A DNA stretch of 64,000 nucleotides from a candidate division WOR-3 bacterium. GTDB taxonomy: Bacteria > Hydrothermota > 32-111. Each line of letters begins with the position of its first letter. The first letter of the stretch is position 1. Shown piece by piece: positions 1 through 10,353 of the stretch. The DNA is taken from contig JBDRZU010000001.1 of the NCBI GenBank assembly GCA_039804105.1, forward strand, positions 384,001-448,000. The letters run 5' to 3'. Below the pieces are notes generated by a model. The model did no database searches. It was not told the DNA's origin and saw only the letters and a program-made list of their open reading frames with translations. The position numbers and the translations under genes are program-made.

Positions 1-951
<951 letters not shown>

Positions 952-2442
952 TTAAAACACATAAGCGATTTTTTCAAGTTTGTTCAACGAGTATATTTCG
1001 TAACCCGTTTTGAACGAATCTATTTTTTCTATTTTTATATTCACTTTATAATCCTTCATCAAACTCTCAAAATATTTAAAAAGATCTTTTTCGATAACAT
1101 CAGATAGTTCTTTGTTGCAGTTTATTATCAGAGTATCGTTTGTATAGTTTTTTATATTCTCTTTTATCCATCTTGTAAGTTTCAAACCAAGAAATATCGG
1201 TTTTGCAATATAGCCCCTTCCATCACAACATTGACATTTCTCAACAAAATTCATCGTAACAGATGGACCAATTTTTTTTCTTGTCATTTCAACAAGCCCA
1301 AACTGTGAAAGTTTTAAGGTTTTTGTTGTTGAACGATCATTTTTTAAACATTTTTTCAAATAATTAAAAACTTCTTTTCTTGATTGTTCATCTTCCATAT
1401 CGATGAAATCTATAACGATAAGACCACCTATATCTCTCAACCTTAATTGTCTGGCGATCTCTTCAGCTGCCATAAGGTTTATATCTTTGATAAGATTTAT
1501 ATCATCTCGACTCTTTGAAATTTTCCCGGAATTTACATCTATTGCCGTTAAAGCTTCCGTTGTTTCAATAACTATGGAAACACCGCCTTTCAAATAAACT
1601 TCAGGTTTTGTCATTTTTTCTATTTCTTTATCAATTTCAAAGTAAGAAAGCATAGGAATTTTGAATTTATAAAGATTGACTTTACTTTTTAACAAAGGGT
1701 TTATAAATGTTAAATAATTTGTGACCTCATTGAATATTTCTCTTGAATCAACATAAATAGCATCAAGGTTTCTCTTCATAAGGTTTCTAATTGTTTTTAT
1801 CACAAGAGATGATTCCCTGTAAAGCAATGTTGGAGATTTCTTCTTTTCAATATTTTTTATGATCTTGTCCCATATTTTTAAAAGTTCAAAAAATTCCTTC
1901 TTTAAAATCGTTGGTTTTGCATCAAGTGCAGCTGTTCTTACGATAACCCCCATATCCTGCGGTAAAAAAGAATATATGAAAGATTTTATCGATGATTTGA
2001 ATTCTTTATCTTTTATCTGCTTTGACACTCCGATAAAATGAACGAATGGGACAAGAATTAAATAATTCCCCGCAATTGAAATATAAGATGAAAGTTTTGC
2101 ACCTTTCGAGTTTATCTCATCTCTCACAACCTGTACAAGGATTTCATCTCCCTCTTTTATTTCCATAAAATTCTCAACATCCTCATCGATCTCACCAAAA
2201 TATTCAAATTTCACTTTTCCATCGGGAGTGTTCAAAGGAAGAAACGCTTTCTTTTTCTCTCCAATATCTACGAAAGCTGCCTGTATGCCTTCCGAAATAT
2301 GTTCAATCCTTGCTTTATAAATATTTCCTACAAGTGAACTTTTCGTTGTATCATCAACGCTGATTTCAACAAGTTTCGAGTCCTCTTTCAGTGCAATGAT
2401 TATACTATTTTCCAATTTAGAAATGTAAAGTTCATTCATCAT
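952..2442 (-). CDS. rng: Rne/Rng family ribonuclease (RNase G-like)
   Basis: GNIYKARI S1 domain, AAFVDIG, TEALTAIDVNSG, RQLRLRDIGGLIVIDFIDM, GLVEMTRK, CxxCxGxG Zn link. Confidence 0.93.
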   Translation of the reverse strand: MMNELYISKLENSIIIALKEDSKLVEISVDDTTKSSLVGNIYKARIEHISEGIQAAFVDIGEKKKAFLPLNTPDGKVKFEYFGEIDEDVENFMEIKEGDEILVQVVRDEINSKGAKLSSYISIAGNYLILVPFVHFIGVSKQIKDKEFKSSIKSFIYSFLPQDMGVIVRTAALDAKPTILKKEFFELLKIWDKIIKNIEKKKSPTLLYRESSLVIKTIRNLMKRNLDAIYVDSREIFNEVTNYLTFINPLLKSKVNLYKFKIPMLSYFEIDKEIEKMTKPEVYLKGGVSIVIETTEALTAIDVNSGKISKSRDDINLIKDINLMAAEEIARQLRLRDIGGLIVIDFIDMEDEQSRKEVFNYLKKCLKNDRSTTKTLKLSQFGLVEMTRKKIGPSVTMNFVEKCQCCDGRGYIAKPIFLGLKLTRWIKENIKNYTNDTLIINCNKELSDVIEKDLFKYFESLMKDYKVNIKIEKIDSFKTGYEIYSLNKLEKIAYVF

Positions 2443-4919
2443 CTAACCTCAAATATCTTTCCATTTTCAAAGATGAAAAATTTTTCTCTATAAACATTTA
2501 TATCTTTTAGTTCTTCAATACATAAAACTTTTTTATACAACTCTTCAAATTTTATGTTCCCTTCCTTTCCCAAATTTAAAACGACCTTTACGAATCCTTT
2601 ACCTACTTCAATTATATCAATATATTTTCTGATATCAACTTCCTCTTCTTTTTCGTTTATAACTCTTTTTACAATGAAATTTTCACTTTCAAGAAACTTT
2701 TTAATACAATCTATATTTTTCTGTTGAACATTTAATTCAAAAACCATCACACTTCTGTTGATCCTTGAGATCACCGAATCTTTTTCATTCAGAAGTTCTT
2801 TTGCATAAAAAAATCTTATCCCCTCAGGAAAAGATTTATTTAGAACATCAAGGATATTATCGAGGAACAAACCCTCAAGATAAACCTCAACCATCTCCAT
2901 CTGAGAATAAACAAAAACTGGTTTTGGATAACCAAGATTCATCTTTATTCTTGGGTTAAAACCTTGTGTATATATAAATGGGAGTTTTGATCTTCTAAAA
3001 CCCGTGTTTAGAATATTTATCATGTTAAGATGTGATACATACTGAAATACCGGATCAACAGAATATAGTAAAAGAAGTTTCGTTTTTTTCACCAAAGGGT
3101 TTACCAATTTTTTCTGTTTTCGTCTGATAAAATCGTTGACATTTGAAAACTGTTCGACTTTTTCTTCAATAAGTTCACCAGCGATTTCACCTTTACATGC
3201 ACCACATCCAGTACATTTATCTCTGCGACAATCTTCAGTAAAAATCTCTTTCTGTGATGCAAGGTACTCTTTCTCCAGATAACTTTTTGAAACCTTACAG
3301 TTGATGAAATCCCACGGTAACTCTTCCCCTATCGCTCTTTCTTTTAAATAATCCCCCATTTCAATACCAATATCCTGTGATGCTTCTTTCCACTTATCAA
3401 AATCAAAATATTCGCTCCATTCATCCAAACGGCAACCTTTTTGGTAAGCATCATATACAAGGGCATTCAATCTTTCATCACCTCTTGCAAAAACTCCTTC
3501 AATAAACGAGATCTCAGGATCCCTGTATGTGATATGAACATTTTTAAATTTGACTCCATTTAAAATCTTTGAAATCTTTTCTTTTGTTGTTTCGATATCA
3601 TCCTGCTTTACCCACTGGAATGGGGTGAATGGCCTTGCAACAAATGGAGATATTGAAACATTGATAACGAATTCTTTAAATCTTTTGCCAAGATCGTTCA
3701 GCAGGTTCACAGTTTCCTGAATATCATTTTCATCCTCATATGGCAACCCAACCATAAAATAAAGTTTTATATGTTTCCAACCAAGATTTTTCCCTCTTTC
3801 AATCGTTTCAAAGATTTCATCGTTTGATATGTTTTTGTTGATAACCCTTTTTAACCTTTCAGAACCTGTCTCAACCGCTATAGTCAAACCAGATTTTCTG
3901 ATGTCTGAAATCTCTTTCAAAAGATCATTCTTAATTTCCCCTATCCTTAAAGAAGGAAGTGAAATCGAAATTTTATTTTTCGAAAGGTTTTTGTTTAAAC
4001 TTTTTAAAAGTGGAAAAAGTTCTCTATAATCTGTAGCAGACAAAGATAAAAGTGTAATTTCATCATAACCAGAATTTTTTACAATCTCAGTGCAATCACT
4101 GATAACGAGTTCCTTTTTCTTTTCCCTTACAGGTCTATAGATATATCCTGCCTGACAGAATCTACACCCTCTTGTGCAACCTCTACTTATTTCAACAATA
4201 TCCCTTTCATAAACTGTTTTTCCAATAGGGACTATCGGATTTGTAAAATTTTTTCTTTCGTAAAACCCTTCATCGATCCTTTGAAAAACATCTTTATTTT
4301 TTCCGGAAAGTTGTGGTATATAGGTGTAATCGAGTTGATCAAAAAGTTGTAATGCTTGATACTTTGTTATTTCACCCCATTTAAATTTTCTCATTATTGA
4401 AATGATATCATCAACCATCTCTTCACTTTCACCTATAAAGAAAATATCTATAAAATCTTTTATCGGAAGAGGGTTAAAAGCAACAGTTCCTCCGGCTATT
4501 ATAATCGGATACCTTTCATCCCTATATCTTGAAAACAATGGGATTTTACCAAGGTCAAGTATCTGTAAAATGTTTGTAAATGTTAACTCATATTCAACTG
4601 TGAATCCGATAATATCAAACTCATTTATCGGAGTTTTCGTCTCAAGTGAAAGAAGAGGTATCTGTTGTTCTCTCAAAAGTTCTTCCATATCTTTTTCAAC
4701 AGCGTATACTCTTTCAGCATAAACATCATCATAGGAGTTGAAATAATAATAATTCAGAAGATGCCCGAGAGAGGACATACCAATAGAATACAGATCAGGA
4801 AAGGAAAGTAAAACCCTAATCTTTTTTTCAGGATTCTTTTTTATCAAATTAAATTCATTCCCTATATATTGAATCGGATTTTTTACTTTTCTAAGCACAC
4901 TATCAGGATATTTTTTCAT
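2439..4919 (-). CDS. B12-binding radical SAM protein (TIGR03960-like) fused to a TIGR03936/DUF2344-like C-terminal domain
   Basis: FPDLYSIGMS, RGCTRGCRFCQAG (CxxxCxxC), KLYFMVGLP, TPFQW, DC..CxxCGAC, then YVSHLN...YTQGFNPR. This family usually lies upstream of rng. Confidence 0.9.
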   Translation of the reverse strand: MKKYPDSVLRKVKNPIQYIGNEFNLIKKNPEKKIRVLLSFPDLYSIGMSSLGHLLNYYYFNSYDDVYAERVYAVEKDMEELLREQQIPLLSLETKTPINEFDIIGFTVEYELTFTNILQILDLGKIPLFSRYRDERYPIIIAGGTVAFNPLPIKDFIDIFFIGESEEMVDDIISIMRKFKWGEITKYQALQLFDQLDYTYIPQLSGKNKDVFQRIDEGFYERKNFTNPIVPIGKTVYERDIVEISRGCTRGCRFCQAGYIYRPVREKKKELVISDCTEIVKNSGYDEITLLSLSATDYRELFPLLKSLNKNLSKNKISISLPSLRIGEIKNDLLKEISDIRKSGLTIAVETGSERLKRVINKNISNDEIFETIERGKNLGWKHIKLYFMVGLPYEDENDIQETVNLLNDLGKRFKEFVINVSISPFVARPFTPFQWVKQDDIETTKEKISKILNGVKFKNVHITYRDPEISFIEGVFARGDERLNALVYDAYQKGCRLDEWSEYFDFDKWKEASQDIGIEMGDYLKERAIGEELPWDFINCKVSKSYLEKEYLASQKEIFTEDCRRDKCTGCGACKGEIAGELIEEKVEQFSNVNDFIRRKQKKLVNPLVKKTKLLLLYSVDPVFQYVSHLNMINILNTGFRRSKLPFIYTQGFNPRIKMNLGYPKPVFVYSQMEMVEVYLEGLFLDNILDVLNKSFPEGIRFFYAKELLNEKDSVISRINRSVMVFELNVQQKNIDCIKKFLESENFIVKRVINEKEEEVDIRKYIDIIEVGKGFVKVVLNLGKEGNIKFEELYKKVLCIEELKDINVYREKFFIFENGKIFEVR

Positions 4920-5787
4920 CTGTGATTAAAGTGTAAATTTTTTTATAGATTTCTGAAGTTTTTTGAACTATCTCATCTGAAAGTTGTGGAGGTTGTGATT
5001 TTCTATCCCAATCAGTTGAAAGAAGGTAATTTCTGATGAGTTGTTTATCAAAAGGTTCCTGCTTTTTTCCAACCTCATATGTCTCTTTTAACCAGAATCT
5101 TGATGAGTCGGGAGTAAAAATTTCATCTATAAGAATCACATCACCATCAAGTAATCCAAATTCGAATTTTGTATCAGCAAGTATGATATTTTTTTCTGAT
5201 AAGAACTCAGCCCCAAACCTGTAAAGTTTAAGTGACAGATCTCTCAACATCTTCGCAAGTTCATCACCTAGTTTTTCTCTCATATATTCAAAAGAAACAT
5301 TCTCATCGTGCCCTGTTTCCGCTTTTGTTGTTGGAGTGAAAAGAGGTTCATCAAATTTTTCTGATTCAAGATACCCACCTCTTATAAAACCACCACCAAC
5401 AGTTTGCGTTTTTATATATTCACTCCATGCACTACCTGTTATATATCCTCTCACAATACATTCAAATGGAAACGGTTTTGCTTTTTTGACTATCATAAAC
5501 CGGTCTTTTAAAAATTCATATTTCTTTAGTTCCTTGGGAAGTGCATCAAAATCATCATAGAGAAAATGGTTTTTAACAATATTTTTTGTTAGTTCAAAAA
5601 AGAATTTCGACAGTTTATTCAATACTTTTCCTTTTCCATCAATTCCATTTTCGAGTACAAAATCGAATGCTGAAATTCTATCGGTTGTCACTATGAGAAG
5701 TTTATCATTCTCAAATTCATAGATATCCCTAACTTTTCCCCTTGATATCATCCTTAATTCTTTTATGTTTGTCTCTCTTATTACCAT
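4903..5787 (-). CDS. purC: Phosphoribosylaminoimidazole-succinocarboxamide (SAICAR) synthase
   Basis: GKVRDIY, TDRISAFD, ECIVRGYITGS, FTPTTKA, DTKFEFG, DEIFTPDSSRFW. Confidence 0.96.
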   Translation of the reverse strand: MVIRETNIKELRMISRGKVRDIYEFENDKLLIVTTDRISAFDFVLENGIDGKGKVLNKLSKFFFELTKNIVKNHFLYDDFDALPKELKKYEFLKDRFMIVKKAKPFPFECIVRGYITGSAWSEYIKTQTVGGGFIRGGYLESEKFDEPLFTPTTKAETGHDENVSFEYMREKLGDELAKMLRDLSLKLYRFGAEFLSEKNIILADTKFEFGLLDGDVILIDEIFTPDSSRFWLKETYEVGKKQEPFDKQLIRNYLLSTDWDRKSQPPQLSDEIVQKTSEIYKKIYTLITDEKIS

Positions 5788-6247
5788 TCTTGTCTCCTTT
5801 GTTCAGAAGTGAATTTAACTCATCAATGAATTCATTCATATCTTTGAATTGTCTGTAAACGGAAGCAAATCTAACATAAGATATTTCATCTATCTCTTTC
5901 AAGTGCTCCATAACTATCTCTCCAATGATTTTTGATTCCACCTCCTCAGATTCTTTTGCAAAAAGTTTTCTTTCAACATCTTCAACAATTTTGTTGATAC
6001 TTTCATTTGAAACCGGTCTTTTCCTGCATGCCGTTCTGATACCCTCTATCAGTTTATCCCTTGCATACGGTTCTCTTCTACCATCTCTTTTGATAACGAG
6101 TAATGGAGTTTTTTCAACATACTCATAGGTTGTGAACCTTTTTTTACATTGGAGACATTCCCTTCTTCTTCTAACACTCTGTCCATCTTTACTCGCTCTT
6201 GAATCTATAACTCTGTTCTCTTCAAAACCACAGTATGGGCATTTCAT
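5729..6247 (-). CDS. nrdR: Transcriptional repressor NrdR
   Basis: MKCPYCG...VIDSR...RRRRECxxCxxRFTTYE, ATP cone, YVRFASVYRQF. Confidence 0.97.
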   Translation of the reverse strand: MKCPYCGFEENRVIDSRASKDGQSVRRRRECLQCKKRFTTYEYVEKTPLLVIKRDGRREPYARDKLIEGIRTACRKRPVSNESINKIVEDVERKLFAKESEEVESKIIGEIVMEHLKEIDEISYVRFASVYRQFKDMNEFIDELNSLLNKGDKNGNKRDKHKRIKDDIKGKS

Positions 6248-6729
6248 ATTTTTTTAATTTTCTTTGTTGCATTCAACACCAAAGTGTTTGTACAGCTAAC
6301 AATATTTCCATTGTCATCTTTGCCATAATAAGTTTCAACCATCTTAGAAGAAGTGTAGTTTCCGGTTGTAAAAAGTGCATTATCTTCTATTATAGAACTT
6401 CCACCATCTATCCTTAATGTTCCAAACCAACTCTTAACTTCATTTTCATAATAATAATATGTTTTAACAATATTACCGTTAACTATAAGTTGTCCATAAC
6501 AACAACATCCTTCTGGTCCATAATTACCAAGTGTTACACCAATATTGTTCTTTTCTTTTATGGTAACATCAGCATAGAAAGACCAACCATTTGTTGCACC
6601 GTATGTTCCATCTGTTACCGGATTTGGAGAATAACTCAACTCAAGTTCAGCACTCTGAGGTAGAGGAAGTAACATACACGATGTAAAAAATAAAACGATT
6701 AAAATTGGGAAATAAAAGAATCTTTTCAT
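6244..6729 (-). CDS. Hypothetical lipoprotein (start moved to ATG 6729)
   Basis: MKRFFYFPILIVLFFTSC lipobox-like signal. GGAG RBS just upstream. The longer ORF start lies inside the terminator hairpin. Confidence 0.7.
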   Translation of the reverse strand: MKRFFYFPILIVLFFTSCMLLPLPQSAELELSYSPNPVTDGTYGATNGWSFYADVTIKEKNNIGVTLGNYGPEGCCCYGQLIVNGNIVKTYYYYENEVKSWFGTLRIDGGSSIIEDNALFTTGNYTSSKMVETYYGKDDNGNIVSCTNTLVLNATKKIKKI

Positions 6730-6742
6730 AAAACTCCTTTTC

Positions 6743-6768
6743 AAAAAAGGGGAAATCAATTCCCCTTT
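6743..6768 (-). terminator. Rho-independent terminator after the aldehyde dehydrogenase gene
   Basis: Minus strand reads AAAGGGGAA-TTGAT-TTCCCCTTT-TTT, directly at the aldh stop codon. Confidence 0.75.
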
Positions 6769-8263
6769 ATTTTTCTATACTAACATCGATTTGTGCTTTC
6801 TGCAATTTACCCGAATAATCTATATATACAGTTTTTTGTTCGGTGAATATCTCATAAACAGTCCATCCACCTTCTCTATGACCGTTTCCTGTATTCTTTG
6901 TACCTCCAAATGGGAGATGACATTCAGCACCTATTGTTGGGCCATTGACATAAGTTATTCCAGTATCAATATCCTCTATCGCTTTGAATGCAAGGTTTAC
7001 ATTTTTAGTATAGATTGAACTTGAGAGTCCATATTCGACACCATTGAGAACATCTATCGCTTCCTCAAAACTTTTTACTTTGATCACAGAAAGAACTGGG
7101 CCAAAAATCTCTTCCTGTTCAATCCTCATCCCAGGTTTAACATCAATAAAGATTGTTGGTTTAACAAACCATCCATTTTTACATACTCCTTCCTGATATC
7201 TATAACCACCTGTAACGAGTTTCGCACCTTCCTCCTTTCCAATTTTAACATATTCTAAAATTTTGTTCATCGATGACTCGTTGATCACTGGACCAACATC
7301 TATATTTTCATCCCATGGATAACCCAATTTCAACTCTTCAGTTCTTTTAACAAGTTTCTCAACAAAAAGATCATGAATCTTTTCATGCAATATCAATCTC
7401 GAGGTTGCAGTACATCTCTGTCCTGCTGTTCCAAAAGCACCAAACAAAACACCTTCAATAGCAAGATCAAGATCAGCATCATCCATAACTATCTGTGCAT
7501 TTTTCCCACCAAGTTCTAAAGAAACCCTTTTCAAAGTTCTTCCACAAACTGATGCGATATGTCTTCCGATTTCAGAAGAACCTGTAAAAGAAACAACTCC
7601 AATATCCTTATGTTCAAGAATCGCATTTCCAACAGCACCACCTGGTCCATGAACGAGGTTCACAACACCTTTGGGAAAACCAGCTTCCTCCATTATCTCA
7701 ACAAGTTTTGTCGCGAGTGCAGGTGTATCAGATGCTGGCTTTAACACAACAGTGTTTCCCGAAAGTAAAGCAGGAAACATCTTCCATGTTGGTATCGCTA
7801 TCGGGAAATTCCATGGAGTTATGAGTCCCGCAACTCCTATCGGTCTTAAAAAGGTTATAGCAACTTTGTTTGGAAGTTCAGATGGAGAAGTCCTGCCAAA
7901 AAATCTTCTTCCTTCTCCAAATGCATAGTATGCTGTATCTATCCCTTCCTGCACATCACCTCTTGCCTCTTTCATTATTTTTCCCATTTCCTCAGTCATC
8001 AGTTTCGCTATTTCCTCTTTCCTTTTAACCATTATATCACCAACTTTACCAAGTAGTTCACCTCTTTTTGCTGCTGGAACTTTTCTCCAACTTTTGAACG
8101 CCTCTTTAGCGGCCCTAACAGCAAGATCAACATCCTCTTTATTTGATTTAGGAAATATACCTACAACTTTACTCCAATCAGCCGGCATCCTGCTTTCAAA
8201 AGTTTCCTTTGTAACAGAATCAACCCATTCTCCATTAATAAAATTTTTAAATTTTTGAGTCAT
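6767..8263 (-). CDS. NAD(P)-dependent aldehyde dehydrogenase
   Basis: ITPWNFP, KPAS, FTGS, LELGGKN, GQRCTA (catalytic Cys), EEIFGPV, PFGG. Confidence 0.95.
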   Translation of the reverse strand: MTQKFKNFINGEWVDSVTKETFESRMPADWSKVVGIFPKSNKEDVDLAVRAAKEAFKSWRKVPAAKRGELLGKVGDIMVKRKEEIAKLMTEEMGKIMKEARGDVQEGIDTAYYAFGEGRRFFGRTSPSELPNKVAITFLRPIGVAGLITPWNFPIAIPTWKMFPALLSGNTVVLKPASDTPALATKLVEIMEEAGFPKGVVNLVHGPGGAVGNAILEHKDIGVVSFTGSSEIGRHIASVCGRTLKRVSLELGGKNAQIVMDDADLDLAIEGVLFGAFGTAGQRCTATSRLILHEKIHDLFVEKLVKRTEELKLGYPWDENIDVGPVINESSMNKILEYVKIGKEEGAKLVTGGYRYQEGVCKNGWFVKPTIFIDVKPGMRIEQEEIFGPVLSVIKVKSFEEAIDVLNGVEYGLSSSIYTKNVNLAFKAIEDIDTGITYVNGPTIGAECHLPFGGTKNTGNGHREGGWTVYEIFTEQKTVYIDYSGKLQKAQIDVSIEK

Positions 8264-8275
8264 AAAACCTCCACT

Positions 8276-9190
8276 CTATTTTAAGATTTTTTCAAGTTCT
8301 TTATCCTCTGGATATCTCTCTTCAAAAAGTGTAACAACTTCGGATCGATATCCTATTATCCTTCCAAAATCATCAACTTTCAAAATCAACTTATCAAAAC
8401 TTGATAATTCACCATATCCTTTCATTATTATAGTATGATTTTTAGGTGTTTCGATAGCATTCCTTAATCCAATCCCATCGAATCCACCAAAAATAATATC
8501 TATACCTTCCACATTTTCCGCAATAATTTTGTCATGTTCAAGACCAACAGATGTTAAACCAATTATAATTGAACATCTATTTTTTTTCAATATATCGACC
8601 ATCTCTTTCGCTACATCGATCTCCCTGCTTATGACATAATTCCCAGCAACATCTTCATCCATATTCAATAATGCATATTCAGATAATAAGCCAAATACAC
8701 CGATCCTGACTCCTTCCTTTTCAATAATCACATAACGTTCAGGTTGTAAATCTGAATTCAGAATCTTTAAGTTTGAAGAGATAAGTTTTGGATTAAAAAG
8801 TTTTACAGAGTTTAAGAAGAACTCAGGACCTGCGATTATCTCATCAATGCCGAGATTCACGATATCATAACCCATATGGTTAAAATACAAAGCAGGTTTG
8901 ATAAAATCAACAGAATCGTTATCAACACTTTTAAAGACAAAATTGCCAGAATCAAAGAGAAGAAATATTGCACCATTTTTACAAGCTTTTTCTCTTTCAT
9001 ATTTTATAGCTGTTGATAGTGAATATATACCACCAAGAACTGGAGGAAAATCAGGGTTGATAAAAGTTGCCTCCCTTCTATCAAGAACATTTCTTATATC
9101 GTTTGTATGTATTAATATGATATCTTTTGAAAAAATTGATAAAAAGAACAGAAAACCAAATAAAATGGAAAAACTCTTTTTCATTTTCAC
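8276..9190 (-). CDS. Exported 5'-nucleotidase/UshA-like metallophosphoesterase N-terminal domain with degenerate metal ligands
   Basis: Signal peptide. The fold motifs are recognisable but altered: HTNDIRN, FDSGN, NLGIDE, IGVFGL, LTSVG, IFGGFDG. No C-terminal substrate domain. Confidence 0.75.
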   Translation of the reverse strand: MKMKKSFSILFGFLFFLSIFSKDIILIHTNDIRNVLDRREATFINPDFPPVLGGIYSLSTAIKYEREKACKNGAIFLLFDSGNFVFKSVDNDSVDFIKPALYFNHMGYDIVNLGIDEIIAGPEFFLNSVKLFNPKLISSNLKILNSDLQPERYVIIEKEGVRIGVFGLLSEYALLNMDEDVAGNYVISREIDVAKEMVDILKKNRCSIIIGLTSVGLEHDKIIAENVEGIDIIFGGFDGIGLRNAIETPKNHTIIMKGYGELSSFDKLILKVDDFGRIIGYRSEVVTLFEERYPEDKELEKILK

Positions 9191-9193
9191 CTC

Positions 9194-9760
9194 TTAAAAA
9201 ACTGTTATTTTATCAGCTGCTTTTTCAAGTATTTTCGAAAAATAATTTTCATATATATGAGCCAGAGTATCCGATTTGATGAGTATAGATGCTTCATTGT
9301 TTTTATCAAGTGCCTGGTAACTCCAGTTTGTTGAACCAACTATAACAAAAACTGAATCTATGATCAGCGCTTTTGCATGCAGTGTCGCTTCAGGATCATC
9401 ATAGTAAACTTTTATACCCCCACTTCTTAAAAAATCGCCAAGATCTTTGTTTCTAATGCTTTGATTCGGATTGAAACCTGACTGATCAAGAATGATCTTT
9501 ACATCAACACCCCTTTTAACAGCATCAAACAAAGATTCATAAATCTTTTGGTTCACACCTTCCTTTCTTTCAGGATAATAACCACCTTCAAGCATCATGA
9601 TATGAATCGTTTTTTTCGAATTTTTTATAAGTTTTAATAAATTTTTTGAATATTCTCTGTTGTTCATTGTCATTGCTCCCTCCGCAGGGAGAAAATTTAA
9701 ACTATCTGAAAACAAAAAGTAAAAAGAAAATATCGATAAGAAAAATATTAACCTTTTCAT
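9194..9760 (-). CDS. Exported single-HKD phospholipase D superfamily protein (Nuc-like nuclease)
   Basis: Signal peptide, KRGVDVKIILD, LHAKALIID...VGSTNWS...NNE. Confidence 0.88.
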   Translation of the reverse strand: MKRLIFFLSIFSFYFLFSDSLNFLPAEGAMTMNNREYSKNLLKLIKNSKKTIHIMMLEGGYYPERKEGVNQKIYESLFDAVKRGVDVKIILDQSGFNPNQSIRNKDLGDFLRSGGIKVYYDDPEATLHAKALIIDSVFVIVGSTNWSYQALDKNNEASILIKSDTLAHIYENYFSKILEKAADKITVF

Positions 9761-9770
9761 AAATGTACTC

Positions 9771-10346
9771 CTAAGGTGTTATTGTTAAACTGTCAAATTT
9801 GAACTTATAAAGTTTTTCAAAAAAATCTTCATATTTTAAAGATATATCCCTTGATTTCACAGCAACAGCACATTCATTGTTTTTTGCAAGAGCATAAAAA
9901 CTCCAGTTTGTAGATCCAACGACAGTTATGGTTGAATCTATAACAACGAATTTTGCATGTGTTGTTATGTCGGGCATATCAAAGTATACTTCAACTCCAA
10001 ACTGTTTCATATATTTTACATACTCGTCGTTTTTAACTGATAATGAAGGATTCCATGAGGATTGATCAACGATCACAACAACCTTGACACCTCTTTTAAC
10101 TGCATTTATCAGAGAATTTTGGATATCTGTTGGTTCACCTTCAGGATAATCTGGATAATAACCAACCTGATATATAACAGCATGGATAGTTTTCTTCGAA
10201 TTGTCAAAAAGTTTTATAAGAGTTTTTGTATAGTCTCTGTCGTTCATCGGCAACACTCCATCAACAGGAAAAAGTTTTAACTCTTCCTGTGAAAAGATTG
10301 CTGAATAAATCATAAAAGGTAATAAAATTAAAATTATCTTTTTCAT
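9771..10346 (-). CDS. Exported single-HKD phospholipase D superfamily protein (Nuc-like nuclease), paralog; start moved to ATG 10346
   Basis: MKKIILILL signal after an AGGAG RBS, KRGVKVVVIVD, THAKFVVID...VGSTNWS...NNE. Confidence 0.88.
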   Translation of the reverse strand: MKKIILILLPFMIYSAIFSQEELKLFPVDGVLPMNDRDYTKTLIKLFDNSKKTIHAVIYQVGYYPDYPEGEPTDIQNSLINAVKRGVKVVVIVDQSSWNPSLSVKNDEYVKYMKQFGVEVYFDMPDITTHAKFVVIDSTITVVGSTNWSFYALAKNNECAVAVKSRDISLKYEDFFEKLYKFKFDSLTITP

Positions 10347-10353
10347 AATTCTC

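Noticed and set aside
952..4919. Radical SAM fusion next to RNase G as a novel system
   Set aside because: This is a known conserved neighbourhood (TIGR03960/TIGR03936-rng).
5729..5787. 59-nt nrdR/purC overlap as a frameshift or recoding signal
   Set aside because: Both proteins are complete. The NrdR tail is a low-complexity run-on, and short overlaps are common in this window.
9194..10346. PLD pair as an anti-phage defence system (DISARM DrmC or restriction PLD) or as cardiolipin synthase
   Set aside because: Both have signal peptides, no helicase or methylase is nearby, and they lack the TM anchor and double HKD of Cls.
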